Made by a program: the position numbers and the translations under genes
Notes under the pieces: generated by a model
The model's input: only the letters and a program-made list of their open reading frames with translations
What the model was told of the DNA's origin: nothing
The model's database searches: none
In this document: in pieces, positions 49,100 through 60,151 of the stretch
How positions within the stretch are numbered: position 1 is the stretch's first letter
How the letters are laid out: the number at the start of each line of letters is the position of its first letter
DNA from: Patescibacteria group bacterium
GTDB lineage: Bacteria; Patescibacteriota; UBA1384; XYA2-FULL-43-10; 1-14-0-10-43-13
Assembly: GCA_041649155.1 (NCBI GenBank)
Contig: JBAZNP010000001.1
Coordinates: forward strand, 238,564-302,563
Length of the DNA: 64,000 bases
Direction of reading: 5' to 3'

Positions 49100-50341
49100 C
49101 TATTGACCAAGAACCTCTTTATAAACTCCCAGTGTCTTTTTTGCCGTGTCATCCCAAGAATATTTTCTCACTTGTTCTAATCCGGCAGGAATCATTTCTT
49201 TTCGCAGGCCTTCATCTGTAATGATTTTTTCCATTGCTTTGGCCATGTCGTCTGTATCATAAGGATCGAAATATAACGGTACGTCACCTAAAATTTCCGG
49301 CATACAAGATTCTTTTGAAGAGATAACGGGCGTTCCGCAAGCCATAGCCTCAAGAGGCGGAAGACCAAATCCCTCGGAGAGCGAGGGTATGATATATGCC
49401 GATGCTCCGGCATAGGCCAATGGCAATTCTTCCTCTAGCACAAATCCAGTAGTAACCACGGCCTTTCTTCTCAATGATTTGTTAAGATCCTCAATTCTCC
49501 TCAATACTTCTGGCTCATCCTTATCAATCTTTCCAGCCATAACCAACTGAACTTTTCTATCTTTGATTTCCCCTTTCGTTGCCGCTTTCTCAAATGCCTC
49601 AAGCATTCTGAGTAAATTTTTGTGTCTCTTCCACATTCCAGTGTAGAGGATGTATTGGTCTAAAATTTTGTATTTTCTTTTAAAGCTTTCAATTTTTGAG
49701 TTCTTATTCCTAACCTGAAGATCATATTTACTATCTGTTCCTAAATAAGTGACTATGATTTTATCTTTGGGAGTACCATAATACTCAATTATTTCTTTTT
49801 TTGATGTTTCCGAGACAGTTAGAATCTTGGCTGAATTTTTTGCAGCTGCCGCCATCACTTTATTAAAAGCAATTACTTTGATTTGATTTTGGCGATGTAA
49901 ATGCCCAAACAATGTTAAATCATGAACAGTAACAATAAATTTTCCTTTATACAAAACAGGGTGATTAAATTGGGCAAAATGAATTAAATCAAACTTCTTT
50001 TCTTTCAAATATTTATACAGCTTGGTCTGCTCTTTAAGACTATAATGCTTAATATCAATAATTTCTAAATCTAAGTTTTTATATTTAGATTTGCAATTCT
50101 CAATGAGTTTTTGCAGCTTTAATTTCTCCTGATTTTTCTGGGCCTTAAAATCCATAATCTCCGGTTCATAAGCTGGAATTTTAAAAAATTCCGCAAAAAC
50201 ATCAGCCCCGCAAGGACGAATTAGTAGTGTGTATTCATTTTCCTGGTCCGATTTAATAATGCGGCTCAATATCTCAAGCGTGTACCTTGATACTGATTCG
50301 CCAACTCCGACAAACCGTCCATCAATTAAGATTTTTGCCAT
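49100..50341 (-). CDS. Glycosyltransferase family 4
   Basis: [23 protein letters not shown]. Confidence 0.92.
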   Translation of the reverse strand: MAKILIDGRFVGVGESVSRYTLEILSRIIKSDQENEYTLLIRPCGADVFAEFFKIPAYEPEIMDFKAQKNQEKLKLQKLIENCKSKYKNLDLEIIDIKHYSLKEQTKLYKYLKEKKFDLIHFAQFNHPVLYKGKFIVTVHDLTLFGHLHRQNQIKVIAFNKVMAAAAKNSAKILTVSETSKKEIIEYYGTPKDKIIVTYLGTDSKYDLQVRNKNSKIESFKRKYKILDQYILYTGMWKRHKNLLRMLEAFEKAATKGEIKDRKVQLVMAGKIDKDEPEVLRRIEDLNKSLRRKAVVTTGFVLEEELPLAYAGASAYIIPSLSEGFGLPPLEAMACGTPVISSKESCMPEILGDVPLYFDPYDTDDMAKAMEKIITDEGLRKEMIPAGLEQVRKYSWDDTAKKTLGVYKEVLGQ

Positions 50342-51563
50342 TTTTTTCTCCTATTGCTAATCCACTCATTAATATCAGTAAATATAATCCCGCCTGACCA
50401 GTATAAATATTTATAAATAATCCAGCAAGCAAAAAACTCATCAGCAAAGAAAACTCTGCTCTGTCCTCTTTAATATTTTTCTTATTATATATAATATAGC
50501 CCAAAATAACTAAAAAAATTAGAAACAAAGATAGCCCGATCAGGCCAGTCTCTTCGAACATATCGAAATAAATATTTTCAGTCCAGTGGTTTGGCCCCCC
50601 ATCAATTCTATTTTGAGAAGATGGCCCAGCCGTGCCCATTCCACGTCCCAAAATACCGATTTCATACCGTTGATCCCATACTCTTCGATATTGTTCAACC
50701 CTTTCGGTCGAAGAAGCGCCGTGAGTTATTAGCGAATTAAAAGAAACTGATTGATATCCGAACCAGAAAACCAAGGATATTAAAAACACGAAAGAGGCAA
50801 ACCAACTCGATGCGGCAAAAGATCCAAATCGCTTTTTTAAGTAATAGAATATTAGTAATAAGAATAATGCCAATAACCCAATCCATGAACTTCTGGAAAA
50901 AGTTAAAACCAAAGCTGCAATAAATAACGGGCAGAACCATAAAAAATTTTTATTTAAATAAGCGCTAGCGAATACCAAAAAAGAGACAATCGAAAGGAGA
51001 TACAATCCAAGGGCATTCGGACCAGCTAAGACTGATTGGAGTCTAGTAAATTCTCCTCCGACAGCATGAATTGTATTAAGCGATCCTTCGCTTGATATTT
51101 CAGAGATTAGAGGTATTTTAAATTTAAAAAATTCCAAAATAGTTAATGTAAGCACTATTAATGAACTTAGAAATACAGACCAGTAAATATTTTTGCGTTG
51201 ATTTTTCGAAAAATCAAATAGTTGCAAAGAAATTAAGAGTAAAACCGGAACAAACGTAAATCTGAAACCTCTGAGCCATTGTAATGCACTTGCTTCTTTC
51301 CAAAAAAATGTCAGGAGTCCCCATAATATGAAAAGCGAGGAAATAAAAATTAAATTCTTGTTATTAATTTTTTCCCTTGTAAATAAAATCGCTGCGAGAC
51401 CTAAAAGGAATAAAAATATCACAAGCACATCCCTAACTAAGCTTAGGGATGGCTTGCCCGTAATGCTCACCAACCAGGAGCTAAATGGAAGAAAAAAGAA
51501 TAGCGCTATGAGTACAAATGTGGCCAAGCTAGTTGTTGATTTCTTTAGTTTCATTTTTACCAC
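50322..51563 (-). CDS. O-antigen ligase/Wzy_C-family membrane protein
   Basis: RLQSVLAGPNALG, TFSRSSWIG, GRGMG, TENIY. Confidence 0.8.
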   Translation of the reverse strand: MVKMKLKKSTTSLATFVLIALFFFLPFSSWLVSITGKPSLSLVRDVLVIFLFLLGLAAILFTREKINNKNLIFISSLFILWGLLTFFWKEASALQWLRGFRFTFVPVLLLISLQLFDFSKNQRKNIYWSVFLSSLIVLTLTILEFFKFKIPLISEISSEGSLNTIHAVGGEFTRLQSVLAGPNALGLYLLSIVSFLVFASAYLNKNFLWFCPLFIAALVLTFSRSSWIGLLALFLLLIFYYLKKRFGSFAASSWFASFVFLISLVFWFGYQSVSFNSLITHGASSTERVEQYRRVWDQRYEIGILGRGMGTAGPSSQNRIDGGPNHWTENIYFDMFEETGLIGLSLFLIFLVILGYIIYNKKNIKEDRAEFSLLMSFLLAGLFINIYTGQAGLYLLILMSGLAIGEKNGKNLN

Positions 51564-52767
51564 TAATAATAATTGAAAAAGCGAAAATCAACCAAAAGAT
51601 AGCCGAGAGATCATTTTTAAAATAAGTTGTATCAAAAAGTCCATGAACCATTATCGCCGTCATGGCAGCCAAAATTGTTGCTTTGATTTTTAAATCAGAA
51701 GAAAAAGCATTTTTTAAAAAATCTATTAAAATCACAACAAACAGTAGTAGTCCCAAAATCCCCAGATTGAGCCAAATCGCCAAGAGCAAATTGTGAGGAT
51801 GCAATGCATAAGGCAAAATAAAATACTTAAAGTAAGAGTCATTTACCGAAATTTGAGCTATCGCACTCTGAAAACCACCCAAACCAACTCCATTAACCAG
51901 ATGGTTTTTCAATAGTTGAACAGAATATTTGTAAATTTCTTTTCTTGATTCGTTGCTTCCCGATAAATCAACCAAATGAGAAACTATATAAAAATAGAGA
52001 TAATTTCCGACAAACAAACAGGCAGCAATTAAAGTAGCAAAGACGGGACGTCGGTCCCTACTTTTTTGCTTGTTAATGTATGTATAATTTAAATAAACCA
52101 ACATTCCGATTATAAAGGCCCATAAGCCACCTTTTGATTTTGAAAAACAAAGGGCGACTATCGGAAACAGTGAAAGCAAAAGAAATAATACTTTTTCATA
52201 CTTTTTCTTGAGAGTGCCCCAGATTGATAATGACAGAAAAAACACAGGCACAATGAACATAGCCAAGAAATTTGGTGATTCAAAAGGTCCAAATACACGT
52301 TTATCGTTCATGTATGGCAGAAAAGTAGCGTCACCCGACTGATAGAACAAAGTACCAATAATATCAAAACGTTGAAGTATAGCCCAGAATGAAACTATTA
52401 TTAACGATGCAAAAAGTGGAACACAAAGTCTCAGAAGTTCATTTCTTTTAAAGTTATTAATAATAAGCCAATAAAAAACTACCGGCGCAAAAAACCAACC
52501 TTTAAATATTCCCAAGGCAGTCGTTTTGTCGGGAGAAAAATAAACTGAGATTAAAGCGATAATCAAAAGAAGAGAAGGCCAAACCGAACCATAGATTACT
52601 TTCTTCTTTTCTTTTATTAGAAGTACTATAAATGATAAAAATGAGAGCAAAATGGCAATTTCAAAAACATTGGTCTTAATCCCCAAAACTGAAAAACGAA
52701 AAAAATAAAAGGGAATCAAGAAAACAGATGCTGCTATTAAATATTTATTTATCTTTTGGATAGTCAT
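51529..52767 (-). CDS. O-antigen ligase/Wzy_C-family membrane protein
   Basis: RVFGPFESPNFLA, GVGLGGF, HPHNLLL, HGLFD. Confidence 0.85.
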   Translation of the reverse strand: MTIQKINKYLIAASVFLIPFYFFRFSVLGIKTNVFEIAILLSFLSFIVLLIKEKKKVIYGSVWPSLLLIIALISVYFSPDKTTALGIFKGWFFAPVVFYWLIINNFKRNELLRLCVPLFASLIIVSFWAILQRFDIIGTLFYQSGDATFLPYMNDKRVFGPFESPNFLAMFIVPVFFLSLSIWGTLKKKYEKVLFLLLSLFPIVALCFSKSKGGLWAFIIGMLVYLNYTYINKQKSRDRRPVFATLIAACLFVGNYLYFYIVSHLVDLSGSNESRKEIYKYSVQLLKNHLVNGVGLGGFQSAIAQISVNDSYFKYFILPYALHPHNLLLAIWLNLGILGLLLFVVILIDFLKNAFSSDLKIKATILAAMTAIMVHGLFDTTYFKNDLSAIFWLIFAFSIIISGKNETKEINN

Positions 52768-54058
52768 TGGATTGATTTGGCTTATTATCAGCTAAAGCAG
52801 TTGATATTAGGACCAGAAAAGGGAGCAAGATTAAAATATATAGCAATGTATTATTAAAGAAAGAACCGGCAATCCAAGCTACAAGGAATGATAGAAGCGA
52901 CCATGCTAACCAATCTTTCTTTTCCTTAAACTTAAGGAAAAGCTTGAAACCAAGACTGGTAAAGAATGATAAGAATAAAACTAAACCGACAATTCCTGTA
53001 GTGGCAAAAATATTTAAAAGAGAACTGTCTGAACCCTGACTAGACATACCAGTTAAAGATTTGTCTTTCGACAATCCAGAATTTGTCAAAGCTGTTCCGT
53101 ACGCATTATATCCAACCCCATATAACCAATGATTAGTTGCTAGCTTTAGTCCTCTTTTTAAAGACTCCCCTCTAGCTGCGGCGCTGGGATCAAAATCACT
53201 ATCCTGTGTTGTTGAAGTGGAGGAAGATTGAAATATACTTCCACTCTGAGCAATTCTGCTTCCTAATCTTGTTGGTACGAATACCATAATAATAAAAATT
53301 GCTAACACACCCAATGCCAACTTCCAGTTTTTTCTATAAGCGACTAAAGGAAGGGCAATTGCCCCTTGCGCCCAAGCACTTCTTGAGTATGTAAAATACA
53401 ATGCAATCCAGCTTAAAATGAAAAACGCAATTAGAATATTTTTTAACTTCCGGTTAGAACTCCCCAATCCAACTCCCAATAACACTGATAATAAAAGCAC
53501 AAGAAAGGCACCTAAATAGTTGGGATCAAAAAAAGTGGAAAGCATTCTACCTTGATGGGGATCCCAGCCAAAAAGAGCCATAAAACTAAAATCAGGAACA
53601 AAAATGAGTTGAAGATACCCAAAAACTAGTATTACTGCTGACCAGATTAAAAAGTTTTCTAAAAACTTCGCTGTTTCAATTATCCTCTCTTTTAAGAGAT
53701 AAAACATTACCGTGACATTAAATACTAATATAGAAAGCCTTGCCCAATAAGAAAAAGCATTTAATATCTGTCCAGAGGAATAAGCAGCACTATTGATAGC
53801 CAAAGAAATCACAGCCCAAACTAAAAATATAATCAATATTCTCCAAGGGAGACATTTCCATATTTTTTTTAAATAATCTATTAAATTCTTTGTTGACAAT
53901 AAGTAACTAAAAAATATAATTGAAAAGATAATCAACAAACAATCAACCGCTAGTAAGGTTACTCTTGGGCTTTCTGAGACATTAAATCTTACTGCCTGAC
54001 CAGCAGCTACTGAAACGAATAAGAGAAGGGGCGTTAGAAATGATAGAATTTTTTTCAT
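52745..54058 (-). CDS. O-antigen ligase/Wzy_C-family membrane protein
   Basis: RMLSTFFDPNYLG, TYSRSAW, GVGYNAY; start refined. Confidence 0.82.
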   Translation of the reverse strand: MKKILSFLTPLLLFVSVAAGQAVRFNVSESPRVTLLAVDCLLIIFSIIFFSYLLSTKNLIDYLKKIWKCLPWRILIIFLVWAVISLAINSAAYSSGQILNAFSYWARLSILVFNVTVMFYLLKERIIETAKFLENFLIWSAVILVFGYLQLIFVPDFSFMALFGWDPHQGRMLSTFFDPNYLGAFLVLLLSVLLGVGLGSSNRKLKNILIAFFILSWIALYFTYSRSAWAQGAIALPLVAYRKNWKLALGVLAIFIIMVFVPTRLGSRIAQSGSIFQSSSTSTTQDSDFDPSAAARGESLKRGLKLATNHWLYGVGYNAYGTALTNSGLSKDKSLTGMSSQGSDSSLLNIFATTGIVGLVLFLSFFTSLGFKLFLKFKEKKDWLAWSLLSFLVAWIAGSFFNNTLLYILILLPFLVLISTALADNKPNQSNDYPKDK

Positions 54059-54177
54059 TTTGCTTAATTTTTTACACAGTTTAAGTTTATAAAAATAACT
54101 TACCATAACTAATATTTTCTTTCCAGAACAAACGACCATCTGGCATTTATTTAATTTTTTGTGCTATTATTTAAACA

Positions 54178-54666
54178 ATGAACATAAAAGATAAAAAAAT
54201 AGTTTTTGTTATTTTTCTTATTTTGTTAGCTATTGCAGTTATTTCAGTCTTAGTTATTTATTTTCCAATGAAAAATAAGGTGAAGGCTCCAATCAGTTCA
54301 GGCGATAGCACACTGGAATCTCAATCAAACTCTAATTCAAGTACTCAATTTGATGCTAAAAGTGAAGTAAATGATCCTAACCAAAATATTAGCAAGCCCG
54401 CTTCATCAAATAGTGCGGAAAATTATTACAATGAAGGACTAAAGGATATTGCAAATAAAGATTATAGCGAAGCAATATTTAATTTTTCCAAAGCGATCGA
54501 ACTCGACCCCAAACAGGAAAACTACTACAGCAAAAAAGCTGAAGCACAAGTCTTAGCTGGAGATAAAAACGGAGCCATAGCAACAGTTCAAACAGGACTA
54601 AAAGCATTACCGGACGATCAATTACTTTTGAATAAATTGGATATAATTAATGCAACGGTAAAATGA
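54178..54666 (+). CDS. Membrane-anchored TPR protein
   Basis: TM segment, Ser-rich linker, AENYYNEG...AIELDP TPR. Confidence 0.8.
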   Translation: MNIKDKKIVFVIFLILLAIAVISVLVIYFPMKNKVKAPISSGDSTLESQSNSNSSTQFDAKSEVNDPNQNISKPASSNSAENYYNEGLKDIANKDYSEAIFNFSKAIELDPKQENYYSKKAEAQVLAGDKNGAIATVQTGLKALPDDQLLLNKLDIINATVK

Positions 54667-56276
54667 TGATAAAAAAAACAATTTCAATTTTATTAATGGT
54701 CGGACTGTTTGCATCTTTTTTGCCTAACTCGTTAACAAATAAGGCAAATGCGTCTGATCGGACAGTCAGTGAATTTATGGCTGGTCAATACTATAACAGC
54801 GTTATTCCTGACTATGATTTTGTAGACATCAATTCTCTTGGTGTGTCTGATATACAAAGAGTTCTAGTGGATAATAACTCTTTTCTTAAAGACTATCATG
54901 ATAACTCAGCTACAGGTGCAGGAAGAAGCGCAGCTCAAATAATTTATGATGCGTCACATGCAAGCTACGATGCCGCGGCCGGTAGCATCAATGGCATTAC
55001 AATCAACACTTCCACCGGTACAATCAGCCCCAAAGTTCTTCTTGTTATGCTTCAGAAAGAACAAAGTTTGGTATCGATGCAGGCGCAAAATGATACAGCT
55101 TTAAACAGAGCCATGGGATATCAATGTCCCGATGGTGGCGGCTGTGATCCAGCCTATGCTGGTTTTGCCATGCAAGTCGGTTGGGCCGCCTGGCAATTGA
55201 GATATAACTATGAATATGCTGCTCGCGGTATTAAAAATCCAGGCTTCACCATCCACTATGTTAAAAACGAGGGCACAACACTAAGCGATTACACAGGAGC
55301 TTATGATGTAATAATGCTAAACAACGCAACTGCCGCACTTTACAGTTATACACCTCATGTATTCGACAGTGCTTATAATTTCTGGAAAATTTTCTACCGC
55401 TTGTTTACAGCAGCTACGCTACCAAACGATACCCCTCCGCCGTACGATGGCAATGGAACACAGATCTTTTATAGAACTCATGTGCAAAATATCGGTTGGA
55501 CGGACTGGAAAGGAAACGGGGAGACTTCGGGAACTACTGGTCTGGGACTAAGGGTTGAAGCTATTCAGATGGCACTGGTTGGAAATCCAAGTCTTGGCTT
55601 CGAGTTTCGCGCACATATACAAAATAGAGGGTGGTCTGAATGGATGAGTAATAGCGGCATTATTGGCACAACTGGTTTGGATTTACGAATTGAGGCAATA
55701 GAAGCTAGAATTACTAATTCTAACGATTATAATGTTTACTATCAAACCCATGTTGAAGAACATGGCTGGATGGAGGCAACACACGATGCCAACATGGCAG
55801 GAACAACTGGACAAAACCTAAGAATTGAGGCAATAAAAATGGAGGTTAATAGAAGATACACCGTTAATCCCCTTGCATTAGAACTCAATGCTAGAGCCCA
55901 TGTACAAAATGTTGGGTGGACCAGCTTGGTTGGCCAAAATAAGTTACTCGGAACGTCTGGAAGAGGTTTAAGACTGGAAGCTATTCAATTATCATTGGCT
56001 AACGCTCCAGCGGGTACATCTATTTTATACAGAGTCCATGTACAGAATATAGGCTGGATGGATTGGGCGAGAGATGGTCAAACAGCAGGAACAGAAGGCC
56101 AATCCTTGAGAATTGAGGCAATTGAAATCAGAGTAGAAGGACCTCAAACTATCCATGTATTTTATGATGGACATGTACAAAATATTGGTTGGATGAACCA
56201 ATATTATGACGGCAATGCTATTGGAACAGCTGGACAAGGCCTAAGGTTGGAAGCATTGGTACTAAATTTCCGATAA
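54663..56276 (+). CDS. Secreted protein with a putative cell-wall-active N-terminal domain and six ChW repeats
   Basis: Signal peptide; SPKVLLVMLQKEQSL...MGYQCPD...ALYSYTPH; six HVQNxGW...GTxGxxLRxEAI repeats. Confidence 0.85.
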   Translation: MMIKKTISILLMVGLFASFLPNSLTNKANASDRTVSEFMAGQYYNSVIPDYDFVDINSLGVSDIQRVLVDNNSFLKDYHDNSATGAGRSAAQIIYDASHASYDAAAGSINGITINTSTGTISPKVLLVMLQKEQSLVSMQAQNDTALNRAMGYQCPDGGGCDPAYAGFAMQVGWAAWQLRYNYEYAARGIKNPGFTIHYVKNEGTTLSDYTGAYDVIMLNNATAALYSYTPHVFDSAYNFWKIFYRLFTAATLPNDTPPPYDGNGTQIFYRTHVQNIGWTDWKGNGETSGTTGLGLRVEAIQMALVGNPSLGFEFRAHIQNRGWSEWMSNSGIIGTTGLDLRIEAIEARITNSNDYNVYYQTHVEEHGWMEATHDANMAGTTGQNLRIEAIKMEVNRRYTVNPLALELNARAHVQNVGWTSLVGQNKLLGTSGRGLRLEAIQLSLANAPAGTSILYRVHVQNIGWMDWARDGQTAGTEGQSLRIEAIEIRVEGPQTIHVFYDGHVQNIGWMNQYYDGNAIGTAGQGLRLEALVLNFR

Positions 56277-56511
56277 TAACTCCGATAAAAATATTGAGAA
56301 TTATTTCCTCATTTTTATTATTAATAACATTTACTTTATTGCTAATAAAAAAAACTGCAGAATTGATCTAGAGAAAATCAGATAATGAATAGCAATCCCA
56401 AACTGCATTTTGATTTGTCCAAGCATTATTCGTTTTCTTTATATTTTAACTATGCTTTGCTATATTAATGCAAGTAAGTGCTTGTTTTAATCTTAACAAT
56501 CCAGTAAACAA

Positions 56512-57834
56512 ATGAATCAAAAAAAAATCAGTGTTGCCTTAGTTTCGAACGATAAAATCGGTAAAATGATGGCTGGTCCGGGAATTAGGTACTTCGAGCT
56601 AGCCAAAACTTTTTCCAAATTTTTTAAAGTTACGCTTTTTGTACCTGATAACTGTGATATTTCTTCGGCTGATTTTAAAATAATAGTCTATAATTCAAAG
56701 AAACAAAGCTCCTCTATCGCAAACTCACTTCTAGGCATAGATGTTATCTTGGCTCAAAGCCTACGTCCTCCACTTTTGCGGGTCATTAATAATAAAAAAA
56801 TTAAGTTCATTGCCGATTTATACGACCCGTTGATTATTGAAATGCTTGAATATACCAAGCTTGATCCTGAAAGAATCCGAAAGAATATTTACGACTTTAA
56901 CTATCATACATTGTTGCTCCAGTTAAACACTGCTGACCATATTTTATGCTCTTCCGAGAAACAGAAGGACTTATACATCGGACTTTTATCCCGCGAGAAA
57001 AGAGTCACCCCTAACGAATATTCAGAATCTCCAGATTTAAAAAACTTAATTTCGATCCTGCCATTCGGCACCCCTTGTAAAAAATTCGAAAAAATAAATG
57101 CTGATTCGTTGGAAAATAAATTTCCTCAGATTAAAAGAACTGACACATTGATTTATTGGGGAGGAGGAATTTGGAACTGGTTTGATCCAATTACTGTCGT
57201 TAAGGCGATTGAAAATATTTCCAAGAAAAGAAAGGATATTAAGCTGTTATTTCTAGGAACAGCCCATCCTAACCCAAAAATCAAAACAATGGAAATGGTT
57301 CAAAGAACGGTTGACTTCTGTAAAGAGAAAGACCTCCTAGATAAAGTTGTTTTTTTCAATTTCGGCTGGACTCCTTATGAAGAGAGAGTTAAATATTTAT
57401 CAAGAGCCGATATTGCCATTTCAACTCATTTTAAAAATTTGGAAACTCGGTTTTCATTCAGAACCAGAATCTTAGATTATTTGTGGGCATCCATACCAAT
57501 GATCGTCACAAAAGGAGATGTTCTCTCTGAGTTCATTAATGACAAAAATCTCGGAAAAGTCGTTGGATACGAAAGCGTTAATGAGATAGAAGAGGCAATT
57601 TTACAATTAGCAGATGAAAAAATAGAAGTTCAAAGAATCAAAAAAAATATTGAAAAAATCAACACTGGCCTTTCTTGGGATAACGCTGCATCAAGCACAA
57701 TTTCAGTTATAAGCAATAACCTATTTAATATTCATAAGATTAATTGGCTAAAATTTGTGTGGCTATCTTTCAATTTTTACCTCAGCGGCTCGAAAAAAAA
57801 ATTAATGAGAAGAATTAATGAGCAAAGAAAGTAA
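56512..57834 (+). CDS. Glycosyltransferase family 4-like
   Basis: MAGPGIRY, DLYDP, WGGGIWNWFDP, ETRFSFRTRILDY. Confidence 0.82.
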   Translation: MNQKKISVALVSNDKIGKMMAGPGIRYFELAKTFSKFFKVTLFVPDNCDISSADFKIIVYNSKKQSSSIANSLLGIDVILAQSLRPPLLRVINNKKIKFIADLYDPLIIEMLEYTKLDPERIRKNIYDFNYHTLLLQLNTADHILCSSEKQKDLYIGLLSREKRVTPNEYSESPDLKNLISILPFGTPCKKFEKINADSLENKFPQIKRTDTLIYWGGGIWNWFDPITVVKAIENISKKRKDIKLLFLGTAHPNPKIKTMEMVQRTVDFCKEKDLLDKVVFFNFGWTPYEERVKYLSRADIAISTHFKNLETRFSFRTRILDYLWASIPMIVTKGDVLSEFINDKNLGKVVGYESVNEIEEAILQLADEKIEVQRIKKNIEKINTGLSWDNAASSTISVISNNLFNIHKINWLKFVWLSFNFYLSGSKKKLMRRINEQRK

Positions 57835-59278
57835 CAAAATCGCGTCAAATACGCTTGTTCAAATTATTGGGCGAATGCTTGTAATGGTAATGGCTTTAAT
57901 TTCGACAAAACTAATTACCAACTACCTTGGACCAGAAGGAACGGGTTTTTACACCACCATAGTAACCTATTTCAATTTTATAATTGTAATCGCTGATTTT
58001 GGCTTATTTTCTGTTGCAGTTAGAGAAGTATCAAAAGACTATTCTAATTATAAAAAGATTCTTGGAAATATTTTTTATATTCGACTTATAAGTGCATTGA
58101 TTGCAACAATCATAGCAGTAATTATTATATTTTTTACAAAGTATCCAACTGAGATTAAAAATGGCGTCTTAATTGCTTCTTTGTTTCCAATATTTAACCT
58201 TACTGGAAGTGTCTATGATATGTTCTTGCAGGTTAAACTAGAAATGAAGAAAGTCGCCATTGCAGAAATAATATCTAAAATAATCGCTCTAGCTGGCGTG
58301 ATAATAGCAGTTGCCTTTAATCTGGGAATTTATATTATTATTACCACCGTATCACTAGCTGCTGTGAGCAATTTTCTAATTAAGATGTTGATTTCAAAAA
58401 AACAACTACCCCTAAATTTTCGTTATGACAAGTCAATTCTTCCACATTTTATTAAAATGTCAGTGCCGCTTGGAATAGTTTTTATCGTTAATAATATTTA
58501 TTTCAAGGTTGACTCTCTAATGCTTTTTTATTACAAAGGAGCTGCTGATGTCGGTATTTATGCTGTTGCCTATCGAGTACTAGAGACGACTCTTTTCGCT
58601 GGGTCCTATTTGACCAGCTCTCTGAAACCGCTTCTTTCTGTTTCAGTTGAAAATGACAAAGAAAAGACGACTAGAGCCTTAAAACAAGGAACTAATTTTT
58701 TGTTTTTTATGGCGCTCACTATTTCAATTATTTGCATTACTTTTCCTAAAGAAATTATACTGTTTCTTAGTAATGAAGAATTTATAAAAGGCGCCAATGT
58801 GACAATAATCCTAGGATTTGCCACAATTTTTATTTACCTGGGCGGCATGTTCGGAGAAATAATGATCGCCAAGGACATGAGAAGAACAATGCTTAAAATT
58901 TCTGGTTTTATCTTGCTGTTCAACGTGGCCTTAAATATGTATCTGATACCGCGTTATGGTTTTATTGGTGCTGCATATGCTACTTTAATTTCCGAAGTTG
59001 TCCTTCTTGCTATTAGCTGGAACGTGGCGAAAAAAGCAACTGAGATTTCTCTTGACTGGGCCAGGATCACCAAACTAGTATCAATCGGACTGTTTTCAGT
59101 TTTATTTGGATATTTTTTGAAAAGATTTGATATTTATTTCCTAATAAATATGTTATTTACGGTCATTACATATGTAGCGCTATCATACTTCTTGGATGCT
59201 ATACCAAAATCTGTAGTAAATAATTATCTAATATCTCTGAAAAGCAAATGGACAAAAAAGACCTCTCCATCATTATAG
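57818..59278 (+). CDS. Wzx-type flippase
   Basis: Multi-TM; ADFGL, IYFKVDSLML, VGIYAVAYR, GAAYATLISE. Confidence 0.88.
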   Translation: MSKESNKIASNTLVQIIGRMLVMVMALISTKLITNYLGPEGTGFYTTIVTYFNFIIVIADFGLFSVAVREVSKDYSNYKKILGNIFYIRLISALIATIIAVIIIFFTKYPTEIKNGVLIASLFPIFNLTGSVYDMFLQVKLEMKKVAIAEIISKIIALAGVIIAVAFNLGIYIIITTVSLAAVSNFLIKMLISKKQLPLNFRYDKSILPHFIKMSVPLGIVFIVNNIYFKVDSLMLFYYKGAADVGIYAVAYRVLETTLFAGSYLTSSLKPLLSVSVENDKEKTTRALKQGTNFLFFMALTISIICITFPKEIILFLSNEEFIKGANVTIILGFATIFIYLGGMFGEIMIAKDMRRTMLKISGFILLFNVALNMYLIPRYGFIGAAYATLISEVVLLAISWNVAKKATEISLDWARITKLVSIGLFSVLFGYFLKRFDIYFLINMLFTVITYVALSYFLDAIPKSVVNNYLISLKSKWTKKTSPSL

Positions 59279-60054
59279 TTCATCATAAATCAAAAAATAT
59301 TACTCTTGATTGCATTAAAAGCATCAGGGAACAGATATTTGGAATTTCTCATGAAGTAATCGTTGTTGATAACAGCGAAAACACAGAATACAGAATACAG
59401 AATACAGATATCAGCAAAATACTAGGGCCTTCTACCTTCTGCCTTCTACCTTCTGCCAACAAAGGCTTTGGCGCTGGCAATAATCTGGGCGCGAGCAAGG
59501 CAAACGGAGAATATTTATTGCTCCTGAATCCCGACACTATAGTATTTGATAATTCGATTGAGAAAATGCTTTCCTTTATTAAAAAACACGATGAAATTGG
59601 GGCATTGACGTGTCTATTGGGACCGGATAAAAAAACTCTACAGAAGAATTTCTTTGGTAGATTTCAATCTCTTCTTTCCGTCACGTTTCGACATTATAAT
59701 TATCAAAAAGTTGACCTTTCCAGGGAATTTTTTTATACCGATATAGTTACCGGCGCAGCCCTAATGATTAAAAAAGAAATTTTTGAAAAAGTCGGCAGAT
59801 TTGATGAGAGATTTTTCATGTATTTAGAAGACGACGACCTTTGCAAACGACTGGTTGATGCTGGATATAAAAATGCAGTTTTGAATACTGCAAAGATTAT
59901 TCACCTCGAAGGCAAAAGCATTTCAAAAAATGCCGAGCGCAAAAAGATTTATTATCAAAGCCAAAATCTCTATTGGCAAAAGCACAATGGATTGCTACCA
60001 ACCATTATAATGAGAGTTATTCGTTGGCCATACAAGTTCATACGCACTAAATAA
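59248..60054 (+). CDS. Glycosyltransferase family 2
   Basis: SIIIV, VVDN, GFGAGNN, LLNPD, FDERFFMYLEDDD. Confidence 0.92.
   Translation: MDKKDLSIIIVHHKSKNITLDCIKSIREQIFGISHEVIVVDNSENTEYRIQNTDISKILGPSTFCLLPSANKGFGAGNNLGASKANGEYLLLLNPDTIVFDNSIEKMLSFIKKHDEIGALTCLLGPDKKTLQKNFFGRFQSLLSVTFRHYNYQKVDLSREFFYTDIVTGAALMIKKEIFEKVGRFDERFFMYLEDDDLCKRLVDAGYKNAVLNTAKIIHLEGKSISKNAERKKIYYQSQNLYWQKHNGLLPTIIMRVIRWPYKFIRTK
59383..59457 (+). repeat. Heptamer repeats in frame in the GT2 gene
   Basis: (ACAGAAT)x3 followed by (CCTTCTA CCTTCTG)x2. Confidence 0.8.
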
Positions 60055-60151
60055 ACAGCAATAAGAACACAGCCATATTTCCAGAAAACAATTTCTCTGA
60101 TAAAATATATTAGTATAAAACAAAAAAACTATTAAAATAAAACCCACTTAA

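Noticed and set aside
49036-49152. N-terminal extension of HppA overlapping the GT4 gene
   Set aside because: Longest-ORF artefact; the hydrophobic protein starts at ATG 49035. Similar over-extensions were trimmed for the DedA, methyltransferase, rpsF and pfkB genes.
55470-56270. Repeated DNA units resembling a CRISPR array or DGR repeats
   Set aside because: They are protein-level ChW repeats with synonymous divergence; there are no identical repeats with spacers and no cas or reverse transcriptase gene.
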